DNA of 64,000 nt from Spizellomyces punctatus DAOM BR117 (Eukaryota): the NCBI GenBank assembly GCA_000182565.2, contig KQ257455.1. One strand, given 5' to 3'. This document shows, in pieces, positions 26,898 through 41,438 of the stretch (positions within the stretch are counted from its first letter, which is position 1; the number at the start of each line of letters is the position of its first letter). The position numbers were made by a program, and so were the translations under genes. The notes beneath the pieces were generated by a model. That model did not search any database. It saw only the letters and a program-made list of their open reading frames with translations, and was not told the origin of the DNA.

Positions 26898-27971
26898 ATG
26901 GCGCGACCAAAGAAAGGCTCCGTCGGCGATAGGGACAATTCAGTTGCACAGGACAAGACCGACGCTGCGGCGTCGTCGGCTCGCTCTCGGTCTCGTAAAA
27001 GCATCACTCAAGCGAGCATCGCGGCATCAGGAGTTGGAGCGGCTCCGACATTGGCTACGGGAGCAGCATCCTCTACACTCTCTGCTGGTAGCGAGAAACG
27101 CTCAAATATTGCAGAAGAACCTCCAACCTCAGACTACATTCGGGTGAGTATAAGACAATTTAGATCTTTCACTACCGGTGTTTGTCTCATTTGCACACCC
27201 CAAAAGGTCGACCCAACACTCATCGAAAGAACAGGACTGAGTGCAGCCGAGCTACAAGAACTAGTTGAAATCTTTTCGCTGGTAGATGTTGATCATGGAG
27301 GAACGATTTCAAAGGATGAGTTGGCTACGCTGATGAAGACCTTGGGTTTGAGGGTATCAAAGGTGAGCACCATCACCGGACCTTTCTCCCTTGTGCCCAT
27401 GAGTGATGGAGATCCGTCTAGGTGGAGCTGGACACCATGGTGAATGAGATTGACGCTGCTGGAACTGGAGAAATTGATTTCGAATGTGAGATTCTTTGTG
27501 ATCTCAGCAGCTTTTACCACCATTTTTCACCTGACAAAAATGACAAAACATCTTGTTTATCCCGGCAGCATTCGTACTGGCCATGTCCCGCAAGGTGCAG
27601 ACCTCGATAACCGCCGAGCAGATACGCAGAGCGTTTAAAATGTAAATTCATCACAGCAGTTCTCTGTTTGATTCCACCTAGCACAGTTTCAACCATTGCA
27701 GCCCAGTTTCGACCAGGATGATCCCCTCCACAACGGCACTCTCACCATGGAAGGATTAGTTAGGATCCTTACAGATTACGGGGACCAAGACAAAAGGCTG
27801 AGCAGAGAGGAGGCGGAAGATATGATCTCGCAGGTGGGTATGGGGCCGCCTTTCAACGTTTCCTTTGCGGATCTTTGAACTCTTTACTATCCTCAGGTTG
27901 CACCACAAGCTCAGACTGGGATCTTTGACTATACTCAGTTTATACAAATGTACTTTGGAAAAGAACAGTGA
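26898..27971 (+). CDS. Calmodulin/centrin-like EF-hand protein, multi-exon
   Basis: EF hands DVDHGGTISKDEL and EIDAAGTGEIDFE. Last exon ends GIFDYTQFIQMYFGKEQ*. Confidence 0.82.
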
Positions 27972-28476
27972 ACTGAACCACATCTGTTTAGAGTTGAATA
28001 AGGCGCCTTGCTCTGAAGCCTCCTCCCAAACCCCATACATTGGCACTCCTTTAACCGCCCGTTCACCTTGCAACTGACTTGACTATTCTTGATATCTAAA
28101 TCTCCTGCAGAGGAAAACGACCCAACTTCAAACTCAGTTGCTTACGTTATATGGACTGTTGTCTAGGGAACAATTTGAGGTGACTTTACCACCAAGATGT
28201 GGCACAGAATGACCGCAAGGGCCGCCCGAAATTTGGGTTTTGAAAGTCGGGCTGCGACAAGGTTATGGAGATTTGGAAACATCAGCTTGTTTTTTTTTCC
28301 AAAGGTTTTTTTTTTAACAAAGATATCGCTGGCCCTCCCGACGTCGTTGCCTTTACAAGGTTCTGGCGGAACTTTGTATCAACGGCGGACCCCTCTAGGC
28401 TTCGTCGACAAGAGGCCGTGAGGTCGGAACTGTGGCCTTGGTAAGGTATTTGGAGTCGAGAAGGGCTTACCCAGCA

Positions 28477-29989
28477 ATGCCTTCACGTACACTGCCATCG
28501 GCTCCCACCACCTTCCGATGGATTCCATTCCTTTTGGGCGTGCTGGTCCTTTTTCCACTGGTGCACGCGCAAGTACCGCTGCCGACCTTTTCTCTCCCTT
28601 CTGGTCTTCCGACTTCCATTCCTTCGTCGCTCCCTTCGTCAGTTCCCACATCTCTACCGCAGGGAGGTCCTTGTCGGAACCAGGCAGACTGTGCTGTCGC
28701 TCCTGGAACATCCTGTAACATACCTCCTGGAGCCGCAGGTGGGGTTTGCTTGCCGAGCACGGCAACATCAACTCAATCTCCCACGACCACGCAAAGTCCA
28801 GCACCAAAAGTTCTGTGTAATAGCAATGCAACGTTGTCGTGTCCTCTTGGATCTATATGTTTAAACGGCGTGTGTGAGACTGCGGGGGATGCGGTAAAGA
28901 AACTGCCAACATGGGTAGGTGGAAACGTTGCACTTTTTCCGTCGGAAAATGACGATTTTATGGCGTCTAAGCTAAAGCATGTTCTATCAGGTTTATGTCG
29001 TCATCGCTCTTGGCGCACTATTGATTCTAGGAGGATGTGCAACACTATTTTGTTGCTGCTGCAATCTGTGTTGTTTCGCTGGACGAGCCGCAAAGGCAAC
29101 GGCGAGTGCTGGCTTAGCTGTGCCTAGACAGCTTTCAAAGGGCATGGCAAAAGCAACCGGACTCTCTGGCGGTGGCAATTCTAGATATGCGACCGATGCA
29201 GTTTACGGAGCTGCGGGCTCTCCGCGTTCCCCTAATGACGGCCCCGCCCCACTCCCTAGCGGTTATCGGAAACCGGTCGACTATTTTCAAACGGTAGAGA
29301 CAGTTCCAGAACCACCACCTCCGATCGCATCCCCATCGCATCATGTACCCGGCGCTGCTCTAGCCGCTGAGCAGAACTACGATTATTCAGCGTATCCCTC
29401 GACACCTCAAGCGGGGTATTCCCCCTCGCCATATTCTCCATACGCTGCTACATCACTCGCGACAAACTATTTTACCCCCATGGATTCGAACCCCTCTCCC
29501 CTTCATCGAGTTTCCGCATACGGGGATCCACGGACTGTAGAATCACCAAATACACGGTTCTCCGTCTATCCACCATTAGCAACCGATGCTTCTTACCCAC
29601 AGCCTCAACCTCGGCGCTATTCTCATAGCCAGGATATCTATCCTCCACCACCAACAGGTGAATTTGCATATTGGGATGCTCAGCGCCGCTTCCATCAAGG
29701 TTACAAGGACGAGGAGGGGATCGTTCATCGTGGCTATTGGGATGAAGAGGGGGAGTTCCACCTTTTATCGTTGCCCCGAGGGGAGCGTGGACAAGGAGAG
29801 ATATATACCGGTGTACACTCTCCACATCCTGTCTCATCGGAGGCTATACAGGATGATCCGGTGTATGCGAACAGGGACTTTGAGGCCGAAACGAAGAGCT
29901 TTAGTTTTGGAGCAACAGCTGCGAGCGGTAGTGTCAGAACAGTCGGTACAAGAGAAAAAGAAAGAGAAAAGTACACGAGCGGCGTGTGA
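28477..29989 (+). CDS. Single-pass membrane protein with Cys-rich ectodomain and Pro/Tyr-rich tail
   Basis: Signal-like FLLGVLVLFPLVHA, two small Cys clusters, TM VYVVIALGALLILGGC followed by CCCC, and one intron at about 28914-28990. Confidence 0.65.
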
Positions 29990-30740
29990 TTCAAGGGCTG
30001 AAAGCGTTCGTAAACTAATCGGTGACGGCTTGCTTTGAGAATATTTTCGGTCAGAGAGGGCAATGTACATAGATGTTCGCGTACGGACACATTTCAAAAA
30101 GTTTTATATAGATGTAAGAGGCTGGATATTAGATGTTTACGAGCTTATTCTACGGGGGATTTCTTTTTACGGTAGTGTGTATGTTGTTAGTATTTTACTT
30201 CTATGTATAACAAGACTGGGGGAGAGGAGAATGAGAGATGAATAGATGCAGAAATTCCAAAAGTAGTGAAATATTGCTATTTACTAGTGCATGAGGAAAC
30301 CTTTGCTGGATGCACAGAACGAACATGTATCATTGCCTGCCCATCCGGAAAGGAATTGTTGCATTGGGTCGGTGCACCTATTATACCGCACCAGGGCAAT
30401 AGTGATCCCCTTAATGAGGTCCCAAGGATGGGTTCATATTAAGATCTGTCATTCCCAAATAGAAACAACGTAAAATGACAGGTGTCTTGCATTCGTGATA
30501 AGAATAGAACATGTCTCCAAATATCCCGAACCCTGATCAGACGTCTTTTGTCGGAAATAAACCAGGTGTGGTAAAACACCCCCAATTTTGAATGATCGAT
30601 TCTATTCATGAGCAAGTTTAAATTATTCAGACATTGTTGGTTGATATGATCGTTCAAAACTAGTCTAATAGTCTAACTGATAGAGTAACAATAGTTGTTG
30701 CCAGCAAGCGGTATAGACACTCTAATTTTGAGCATTAAGG

Positions 30741-32959
30741 ATGGGTACGAAGGAGGATGGGCCCGGCGAAGAAACGACGACAAATCGCCCGGACGAGGAC
30801 TCGGCAGAGCGGCCAGCCTTGTCTGCAAAATCCAGAAAGCCTCGGCAAGTGCCCGTCACACTTTCGACACCCGATGATGGAGGTGGCTTCTTTTTTGGGC
30901 AGGGAGGGGAGGAAGTGACGGAATCTGCTTCGGCAAAGATTACTCGAAGACTTGCTGCCCAACGACGAGTTCCATCAGCTAAAATGGATCGTTCGCCTTC
31001 TAACGAGGGAAAAGTTGAAGTCAAATCTAACACCATCGTTGCTGTTCATGAAGCTTTGACAGAAGCGCTTCCGGATATGCCAGCGCAAGCACCAGAGATG
31101 GGTGGAGCTGAATCAACACCTCCAAGCATCTTTTCGTTTGGCGAACTAGATCTCGCCGAAGTCATTGACCGCATTCTCTCGAAACTCGAAGCCGAGAAAT
31201 CTCACTTGATTGGGACTCCATCAACGACTGAGGACATCCGGTTCCGCACTCAATCCCACATCATCACTGAACTCGGGCGTCGAATTGACCGATCTCAACG
31301 ATATTCTCAGGATCTACAGGACCAAATTAGCAATTTACAGAAAGAAAAGGCCGAGATATTGGAGCAATGTGAGAGATTGAAAGAGAGGATTCGCGAAGTG
31401 GAAGAAGCAGCTGAGGAGGTGGCAAGGAATGTTACCTGGTCTCGTGTTCAATCTGCCAGACAGAGTAGAGTCCAAGAGACTAGACAGAGTTCAGCTGGTA
31501 GACCCAGCACGGTCGAAATACAGTTTCCTCCAATAGTCGTCCAAAGAGAAGATTTGGAACGGGAGGCAAACTTGATACGAAAGCTTGGTGCGGACGAACG
31601 GGAGCACAGTGAAGAGGTTGTCGAGAACGACTTTTATGATCCCTTTGAAGATGGTGCGTACTGTATGCTACATTTCAGATGAATAAACAATATTCTCATT
31701 TTAATATTTGCAGGGGAACTGGCACAACGGCCGGTAGCTTCTCGAATTACAAAGGACATGCTCCTAGATGCCGCTGCTATGCTTGCAGGAAAAAAACCTT
31801 TCGATCCACCGACGACGCTCAGCGTTGGGCTAAAGTCGGTCAAAACGGACGAACGATCCATAAGGTATTGAGGGGAATGACCCAACAGCTTTGTTAAGTT
31901 CACTACTAACAAACCTGCTGCGTTTACAGCCCTAATCCTTATCGCCGTCTCCTCAAATCCCCCAACCAACTCACAGCCACGTCTTACTTTCCCCGGAATC
32001 TCACCCGTCTAGCCCACAGCGCTGCAGACCACACCCACCACATCTCTCAAGTCCTCTTTCAGCAAACGAAGCAACTCCTTTCCGTTACAACGCCTGATGA
32101 ATTCATTGCTGTTCTTCAATCTCAATTGAATGAAATGACTAGCGCAATGCACCTTTGTCTAAACGTATTAGCAGAGGAGCATCGGGCCTGTGAAAAGTGG
32201 AAAGCAAGATGTGTTCGCCTAGTTGGAAGAACTGGTGAGAACGGCACTGGAGGGAGAGGAGGCGGGGCAGATGGAACAGGTCTAAAAGGGCTCAGAAAAA
32301 AACAGTATTTGGTCAATGCCTTAATGCCGATGGTAAAACCGAGGAAAAAGATGAGAAAGTTTGTAGTTCCAAGACGAGGGGACAAACATGCTGCCGTCGG
32401 GACTACACCTATGCCTGCCCAGCGGCTTCGGAAGCCGGTCGGGAGCAGTCGACCAAGGTATATCGAAGAATTTGAAGAACGGGAAGCCAGAGAATTCGCC
32501 GCATCAACTCGGGCAAAAACCGCTCCTGTCATGCGACGATCTAGCACAGATGCGGCGCCCATCGTCGTTCCTACTGGCACTATCCCATCAACAGCATCAC
32601 CAGCTTTGATACCGCAAGCAACTTCAACACCGACGACAGCCGCGTATCCAACTCCTCCTCGTACAGCATACAAAACCCACGTCAAGAAGAATCACAACCA
32701 TCCGGCTCTCCATGGCGAGTTCCACCACACCCACCGAGAAAGACCAAACCCGCCTTCTTCCGGACGACATGCACAAGTGGTCGTTCCCCCCATCTCGACC
32801 CCTGCGCCATTTCCAGTCTCGGAAAAGAAGCGACAGGATGGACAAAGTGGGTTAGACATGTGTATGGTACGAAAGAGTGGCAGAGATGATGATCAGCAAA
32901 TGCTAGACAATTCCCTTCGAGATGCTACAAAACATTTGAGAAGGCTAAAAGTTGTATAA
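30741..32959 (+). CDS. Hypothetical coiled-coil protein, multi-exon
   Basis: Two long same-strand ORFs (313 and 277 aa) joined by plausible introns, with a heptad-rich segment LQDQISNLQKEKAEILEQ. Confidence 0.55.
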
Positions 32960-33104
32960 ATAGATGGGGGCTTTTGTAGATAGCGATTTCCAATAGAAAG
33001 CGAAAAAATCCGTTCAATGTGTCAACAAGACACAGAGTTTAAGAGCGACTTTTGTCATATTCATATACACGATGCCCCACCGGAGACGGTCAATAAAAAT
33101 CAGC

Positions 33105-34298
33105 TTATATAAACAATGGAATGATCTTCCACTTTTCTAAAATCCCAGCCCGGACAAACCCATTCAAAAATAACGGGCTCGTCCACAATAGCCAAGCCAT
33201 GGCCCAAATTCTTCCAGCCCACCAACTGTTTCGGCCCACAAATCGATTGAAGCCCAACCTCGCAAGCAGCTTGGTAAATCCAACTTCCAGACACACTCCG
33301 ACCCCTTGCAGAGTGAAGAAAGCCAGTTGTTCTCCATCCATCTTTCCGAAAAACATCCACATGATGTATTCATGCATCAACCCACTGTAAATAAAGGTGG
33401 CCATGCCCGCTACCAGATGCTTCCAAGGACTCACGGGAAAGTTTACCTTGTCCTTGACGTACTCTGGACACCCGAGGCCCCTTAAGACAGGCAAATAGAC
33501 CAAATCCCGCAGCTCGCCTTTAGTGAGGACGTTCCATCTTCGGTTCCAAAAGTCTCTAAGACTGGTTGCCAGGAAAGGCATATTGTGCACGGGAGGCACA
33601 CTGTCGACGCTTGAGCCTAGCAAGATGCAGAACAAGGTCGCCAACGGAATGTACAGGATGTTCATTGCCAGGTATATTCCAAAAGCATATAGGTAGCTTT
33701 GGATGAGGAGAGGCCGATTTGTGACCACTGTGTTATGGAGGAGAACGGTCGTAATGGTCCCGTCGTGAGGGCGAGCCGGATGGCTTCGAAAGTACAAATA
33801 GATATAGTTAATGGCAATATAACTTATCGTTACATTGGCAATCAATCTGGAGACCGGGGTGAGAAGGGGATGAGTGCGTTGCCTCTTGCCACGACGCGCC
33901 TGTTCCTTCAAGGTGCGTTTCTTCTCTGCAATATCGGCGTCGTCATCGCTCTTTTTCAAACTCTTTCCATCCGGTCGAAGAAACATCAGCTTTGTCAACC
34001 CTGACAAACTTTTCTCATATAACCCTTTATTCGACCATCGCAGCCCAACGTTGACAAACTTTGTTGTGGTGATCAGCGAGAACACCTTGCCAAACACATT
34101 TGCGACCAAAGAATCACCAGCTTTTACAATGACATTTGGCAGCAATAGCATAAACAGTGCGATGGACAGAACTAGGAACGGCCGAAGCCGGGGACACAAG
34201 TTCGAGAGCCGGAGGGTTTGGTGCCCGAGTGGAACAATGGATTGGAGCGCGAGAACATAGTGAAGAGTTGGAAGTTCAAAGGTAGCATGGGAATTCAT
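33105..34298 (-). CDS. MBOAT-family O-acyltransferase (wax-synthase-like), intronless
   Basis: PFLATSLRDFWNRRWN, catalytic-His motif FIYSGLMHEY, FFTLQG and multiple TM segments. Confidence 0.88.
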   Translation of the reverse strand: MNSHATFELPTLHYVLALQSIVPLGHQTLRLSNLCPRLRPFLVLSIALFMLLLPNVIVKAGDSLVANVFGKVFSLITTTKFVNVGLRWSNKGLYEKSLSGLTKLMFLRPDGKSLKKSDDDADIAEKKRTLKEQARRGKRQRTHPLLTPVSRLIANVTISYIAINYIYLYFRSHPARPHDGTITTVLLHNTVVTNRPLLIQSYLYAFGIYLAMNILYIPLATLFCILLGSSVDSVPPVHNMPFLATSLRDFWNRRWNVLTKGELRDLVYLPVLRGLGCPEYVKDKVNFPVSPWKHLVAGMATFIYSGLMHEYIMWMFFGKMDGEQLAFFTLQGVGVCLEVGFTKLLARLGFNRFVGRNSWWAGRIWAMAWLLWTSPLFLNGFVRAGILEKWKIIPLFI

Positions 34299-36360
34299 GT
34301 TCGTCACTCTCCCAGCGCCCGCCTTTGCTAAAGGTTCAAGGATTGGTGCGGGAACGCGGGATGGAGATAATGGGGGTGTTCAATCTTAAAACTGCATCGT
34401 TCTCCCTCGGACCTTCAAGGGTAGCGTGATGTTTTGCTGAGTAACTCCCGCTCGCGATCGCGATGCTCGTCCGAACAATTGTCCGATTGAACCCAAAAGG
34501 AGTTTAAAGTTAGTTGCTCTTTTTTCCAGGGCAAGAAATCAACTGCTCAAGGATGGGATCGTCGTCATAGAGTTCTTTATAGATTGTAATGGTGAAAACT
34601 GAATTTAGTGTTTGCTGTTTATCTATCAATTCTCCATATGGCACTATGCCCTGGTCTGTTTCTGATGTCAAGGTCTAAAAGAGCATCAATGGAGATAATC
34701 AAGAGAGAGAACGATATTCCTAACTCATCAGTCCAGAGCTCTTTTGAGAGCATCTCTTCCCAGGTGGTTTTCGTGTCGATATCCTACTCAGTAAACCCAA
34801 TAATCCGCTTGGCTATGTGCCTTTTTCGGCGTCGGCTATCACAAACTTAATTGATCAACAGCTATCACTGCCCAAACGCACTGCCATTTCAACGTTTAAC
34901 GTTTGGGGCAGCCTTTACGGTCCATGTACTTGTATCCAACCTGTACAAAAAAGAAGAAAACACAGCGCAGAGTGACGACAAAAAAACACTCTTGAACGTG
35001 TCAAAAAGCGGAAGCTGACTCGAGTGCTTAGCAGCGCGTCGTGCTTTGAGTTTCGACGTTTTTTGACAGCTTTCAGGTCCGTGTTGTTTTGGCCCTGGAC
35101 TTTTGGTTTATCATCTTGAAGAAGCCAACGGATTCCCTGGCAGCTAAAAGAAGCGAGAGAAAACGACTTATCCCTTGCTTTTATCCTTTGGCGTAATGTT
35201 CACTGCTATCATAGATTCTATCGTTCGGCACATCCGTTCCCGTAAGCGCAAGGCGGATGTTATCGATGGAGAACTCGGAACGTTGAAGGGATCTGCAGAG
35301 ACTTCCGGTAAACATGAAATAGTTCAGTCCAAAGCAGAGCCCCCTGCAACGATCGGTCGAAAAGCGGGTAGAATGATTGCAAAACTTGCACCAAGATGGG
35401 ATAGTGTTCGACGAGACGGACTGATTACTGAAGCGGATGGAATTGAAACACTACTGGATGAGAGCCACCTTTGCAGGTCAACCGACACTGTAATGGTACC
35501 AAAGAAAGTGAAGTAAGTTCCTTTCCATATGCCGCATCTCAGTTCACCCATCAACGGGTAGCCTAATGTGTTATCTGGCAGCCGCTTCCCAACCACACAC
35601 CATCGGGCACTACTCCCGTCCCATCCCCTCCACCCCTACCTCCAAGCCCACCATACACTCCTGATCGCTCATCTCGGGACCACATCAAAGCCTTGGAAGA
35701 CCTCTTTGAGCCACTGTGCGAAGAATCTTTCGGTGTAATCGGTCAGAAGCCACCAAAGAAGATCAGAAGGGTCAAATCTGGAGAGTTGATTGTCACTGAC
35801 TCTGTTAAGGAGAAATACAGGAGAGTAAGGAAGAATAGAAGGGGCTGATAGTTGTCCTTGTGTGCATAGCTCTTTTGTATGTACCGTTGTACCGTACATG
35901 TAGAAGTATTTGTGGGGATTCGCAGGACTTGAGTTATATTAGGGAGTTTTGGCAGAATAGACTGTCTAGTGGTAATGCTCAAGAAGGACCCGAGAAAGCT
36001 ATACGCAGGAATAGCCAATAATGGTGAAAAAGCCATGCTAGAGATAGGCTTCAGGGACACTTGCGGTCTAGTTGCTTCTGTATGCTCCAAATGCCTGTGT
36101 GTCCTTGGTTGGTGTACTTAGATATTCACATTCTTACAATGTCATGAACCTATTGGGACAGTGAATTCCGATCTTGCTAGTCAAACTAGCAATTTATTTT
36201 TGCTATCGGGAATTAATAGGGTCCTTGAAAGGGTTCAATCAGGCTTGCCGTTAACCTACCCTCATTTCCACAATGCCGTAACCTTATTTACCGGCGTGGA
36301 TCAACCCTGAGTCTTAATTCAGTGCGATTTGCTCGCCTTCAGCACTCTGAAGTAAACTAG

Positions 36361-37556
36361 ATGCCTTCAGCGACGGGATACGCAAACATAATGGAATGGC
36401 CTGCTGAAGATCAGCTATTACGGTCAGTTGCAATCATCTTTATAGAGTCATTCAGCCAGTGGCTTTATATTTTGCGTATCGTAGGCAATGGCCGTTTGGA
36501 ACACGGCCCACCACATTCAGATCCCAAAAGATCAACGACGAAATCAAGGTTTTCTCCGATCGATGGCGAAGGGAAGTCACCACCGGAGCAATGCCAAAGC
36601 TATGGACCCGTGAGAACAGCGCTACATTGTCGGCAGGAGGGCATGGGCGAGCAGCTATCCCTGTGACGCAGTCCAGCATCCCTAGGCATTCAGCAAAGGA
36701 AGAGAGAACACATCGGAATCATCTGGATGTTGAGTTCAACCATCAGACGAGATTGTTTGGTGTCCGCTCTTCACTAGCAAAAGACCCATCAAGGCTTCAA
36801 GGGTCCACGATGGAAAGACATATCCGCCCCGATTCTTCCCAATCAGAAGACCGTCTGATGCGATGCTCATTCTATAATCGATCTCCAGAAGCGATCCCGT
36901 ACTCTCATGGACCCAGTAAATGGGAAAGTGGACGTAGAACAACAACAGCAGCCTCAACACTGAAAAAGCCATCCGTACCTTATATCGAACACAAAGTCCC
37001 TGCAGTAGGTTTATGTGTTTCCACTGACCCCGTAGAAATACCGACGCCAGTGTCAACCCTTCCGCAACTCAAAAGTGCCGCGGCACGTAAGCCTGCCAAA
37101 ACCCCTAGTAGTACTCGCGAGCAAGATGACCTCGATCTCAAACTTGAGCTATGTGATCTAGTGCAGAACGAACGAAACGAAGCGGACAATTATTACGGGC
37201 TGATACAAGAGCTGAATCAGAGAGAGGAGAGAGCAAAGATATCATTGCTAAAAAGGGATGCTCGAACTTTTCGCAAACTTCAGAAAAAGGTCGCTGGTCT
37301 TGTAAAAGAGCATTGCTCGCCAAAAGTAGCATCCGTACGGCGGCGAAGTCAAATGGAAGAGTTTCTTGCAGGAAAACATCGAGACAGCGTCTTTTTGGAG
37401 GTGAGCATAATCAAGTTTCGTGATGATCATTCCCACCATAACATGTCTTTGATAGAATCAATACTTGCAAGTTGGCGCACCTTGAAAGATGAATGTAGAT
37501 ATGTGTTGCATTTAATGCAGCTGCCTCACTGGCTTTTATTTGCATACAGAGAATAA
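36361..37556 (+). CDS. Hypothetical protein
   Basis: Long ORF 36459-37556 with a coiled-coil-like C-terminus. Structure uncertain. Confidence 0.4.
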
Positions 37557-37963
37557 CAAATGGCCTAACAAAGGCATTATAGAATCACTAGTGAAATTCA
37601 TGCAATTCATAGTTGCCGTTTACGCTCTTTTGTTTGTCGCCTGCCCTGCGATACAAAGATCGTAGGAAGGGATTTGACAGACAGCAGTCCATCAACGACT
37701 ACTTCCAACCTGGGTTATAACCTACAGACAATCCTATTTTTTGCTACCTCCTTGGGCCATCAAAGCAGCATGCACCTCATCATCCAGGACCCCCATACCA
37801 TTCACAACGGCACTGCATACACAAATTATCAAAAGTCTACTTGCACAAGGAAGAAATAAGCAAACGTCCCAATTCGACTCGTTGTTGGCATGGCAACTCA
37901 TGCCAATAGCTGCCACATCATCGCGTTTCGATGAATTGACCTCATCAAAAACACTCTCCAAAA

Positions 37964-38493
37964 ATGCCCCTAGGTCTTAACCGTAAGTAGACTGTTTTTG
38001 TTTTGGTCCTGGCCCTGTTCGCTAAAGCAACTATTGTCACATTACAGCTGCCGAATTTCTCCATATTGCGGGCGCTGTTTCCGGTTTTTCTGGTGTAGCT
38101 CTGGGTGCCTTTGGAGCGCATGGTCTCCAAAAGAAACTAGCCCACCTTCCCGATGCTGCCTACCGGGTCTCTAATTGGAAAACGGCAGCATCGTATCAAT
38201 TGGTACATACTCTAGCGGTACTATATGTTAGTCAGCGATTGGGTAAGTCTTTACAAAAGCTCTGGAATGAAATAGGTACCCATCAGTAATGACTTTGTTT
38301 TGACATAGGGGCACGTCCGCATCGATCGGCGTTATCCGGATACCTTTTCCTGATTGGAAATGTTCTCTTTAGCGGGAGCATTTACCTTCTTTCGCTGGAT
38401 ACGCAGAGGAAATATAGTCGAATGTTGGGTCCTGTTACACCTATTGGAGGAATGTGTTACTTGGCTGGATGGGTTGCGCTCATCTGGGCATGA
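37964..38493 (+). CDS. DUF423/TMEM256-family small membrane protein, 3 exons (missed by the ORF track)
   Basis: Spliced MPLGLNPAEF..ALGAFGAHGL..WKTAASYQLVH..LFSGSIYLL..LGPVTPIGGMCYLAGWVALIWA*. Confidence 0.88.
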
Positions 38494-38716
38494 ATCAAGA
38501 CGGGACGGGGACGTATGAATGGTGGCTGACGATGAGAAAGGTTGGTTTATATATCCTGTGACATGTCAAAAATCGCAATAACATCCTTTCAGTGCACCAA
38601 TATCATTATTTTTCACAACACCTATGATACAAGGTCAAATGCTATCTACCTAACGCTAATTAAAAACAGTTTTCAATTTGGATCTGACTCATATAAAAAC
38701 GGAAACAGCTGAATAT

Positions 38717-41438
38717 CTATAACTTGGCCCCTTGCTTGGACGCCTGACGGAGAGCCATCTAAAAGTCGAATTGCGGGAATAAGTCACCCTACTTTACCCA
38801 ATAAACCATATGCGGACTTACTTTGATGCCTTGATCAAGCATGATCTCTTCTGAACCACCTGGAATGGTGTACTACAAGACGAGAGAGGAAAGGTTAATA
38901 TGACAACTTGATAAAGAGCGGTTTGCGCTAGTTGCATAAAACACAAAAACAGCAACGTACGGCCTTAACGTCTCGCGCTAAGCGCTCAATCTTCTCTCCC
39001 TGCCCGCCTCGAGTATACCCTAACCCTCCAAATATCTGAATAGCTTCTCGTACACAGAACTCAAACGTGACAGTGCACTGAGCTTTCAGCAAGGCAATGC
39101 TACCTATGGTGGCAGGGGGGATGTATCGTCAGGAACAGAGATTTTGAAGGAACATATCAACGGTGACTTACCACCCAAAAATTTATCCTGCTCTTCCTTT
39201 GGCAGGATCTTGGTCTGATACGTCACATCCTCAACCCATCGTTGAGTAGATTCGATCTGTCTCGCCATGTGGGCTAATTTTGCGCGGATAACGGGGTGGT
39301 CCACCAGTCGCTTTCCAAATGTCCTCCGCTTGGATCCGTATTTGATAGACTCTTCTAGGCAGACGCGGGCAAATCGTACGGCGTTCTGGCATATTCCTAG
39401 TCGCTCATGGCTAAAAAACACACGATGTCGTACATTTGGTTATAATGGAAGGCGAGACATGATACCGAATCAATGTCTTACTTGAAGTTGTACATGGTAT
39501 ATTTAAAGCCTTCGTGTTCTTTACCAATGAGATTTGCTACCGGTACCTTGACGTCCTCTATCATCGTCAAAAAAAGCCAGTCAGTACTGTCGAGAAAAAA
39601 CCGCAAATGACGAAAGCACTTTGGCGCTTACCAAAGGTGATGTACGTCGTGCCAGATGGCTTAGAAGGAAATCAATATAAGCAAACAACAGCGACCCCAT
39701 ATGTCGAAACATCATGACATACCCAAACCCCAGTACACTTCATCCTCTTTGTCGTGACGCCTTCTGTCCGCTCCACTACAATCATAGATACACCACCATG
39801 ACCCTTGCCCCCCGTTCGACATGCCACAGTAAAATAATCGGCAAAAACACCTAGGAGCGACTTGAAATTGAGCACCAACTTGATATAGATTTGATAATTG
39901 CGGCGAGAATAAATGCTTACCGTTCGTAATCCACTTCTTTTCACCATTGACGATGTAATGTGTGCCATCGGGTGATTTAACGGCTTCGGTTACTAATCCC
40001 GAGACATCCGATCCAGCACTCGCTGTACAAGATTTTTAATGAGCCACCCTCACTATCCAGCTGAACAGGGACCATGATCTTACGTTCGGTGATGCCCAGA
40101 CAGATTCGCTTTTCTCCTCCCAAAACCTTGGGGACGACTCGACGTTTAAGTTCTTCGGAGCCAAAATGGAGGATGGGTGGTAACCCAATGCGGACGCCTA
40201 GCATCAGATAATGATCATCAATCGGGAGGTCACTTGGTCGACAACAGTCAAGACCTACTCACCACTAACAACAGCCCAAAGAACGCCAATACTTCCCACA
40301 CGAGCCAGCTCATCAGTGACAACAAGTTCGTGGAATGGATCCCATTCTTCTGGCGAAATGTTGGCAGGTGGGGGATAGGGACAGTATTCTGTTGGCCAGG
40401 GACATCCGATGATAGCTCCAAGGATGCCGACTTCCGCGAACCGTTTAAAGAGACTTGCAGGCACATTTTGAGCTTCGTCCCACTATGATGTCAATTGAGA
40501 ACAGACCGTCTCGGACCAGTTACAGGCGTACATCTATACCTCATGACAAAAGGGCATGACTTCATGATCCACAAACTCACGCATAACGGCACGAAGACGA
40601 CGGTGGCTTTCATTGTCTATGAACAAAATGATGTGCGGTAAGCTTTCAGTCCCTTATCATATACCTGGCTTAATGGTACTCACAATAGGGAGACGCCTAA
40701 GTCAATGAAACGAAAATAAGATGGAGGGTGTCAGGGTCATTTTGGCATTCAGTAGTTGCGCGAAAAGCGATATTTACCCAATTCTGATACCATGCTGGAT
40801 CTCCAAAGGGCACCTGTTCACCAAATTGGCCTCTGTACACCGCGGGATCTGATGACTTTGTCTCCTTAGCATGAAGATGACTTGTTGCTGATGAAACGGC
40901 TGTCTCGGTGGGCTGGGCGCTTGCAATATCACCAACATAGAGTTTGGATCCCCACATTTGCATGACAGAACCTTTGTTATGAAACTAACAAAAGACCTTG
41001 CATGAGTCTATATCGATAACCCATTGAATGGGCACACTATACCTGGGCAAATTGTTCAGAGGCATCCTGTCCAGCGACCTTTAGCAAGATCTTCTTTCCA
41101 CTATCGATACGAAACCTCGGTATTAGCCACTTGTTTACGGCTCACCATATGTAGACCCTAGTTTGATCATGTGCCCTTTGCACGTACCCAGGATGATGCT
41201 TTTGAAAGTCGGTAATGTCATAGACTGAAATATAAACATCGCAGTCGTTAGATGCCGCATCAAAAGCCATCAGCTTCAACATCCATCCTACCCTTTCCAT
41301 CGATGATGATGTAGCAATCATCTGGTCCATAGCAAAACCTCATCAGCCCATTGAAATGAATTGGCAACTGACACTAAAAGGCATCCCACCTGGCTTGTTA
41401 TGTTGCGCGACTTGCTCAACTGTAAAGGATTTCGCCAT
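38717..41438 (-). CDS. Cytochrome b5-acyl-CoA dehydrogenase fusion with C-terminal PTS1 (AKL); very intron-rich
   Basis: MAKSFTVEQVAQHNK..VYDITDFQKHHPG (b5). PFGDPAWY, ICLGITE, HERLGI, RRTFGKRL, QIFGG and IPGGSEEIM (ACAD). Ends QGAKL*. Confidence 0.9.
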
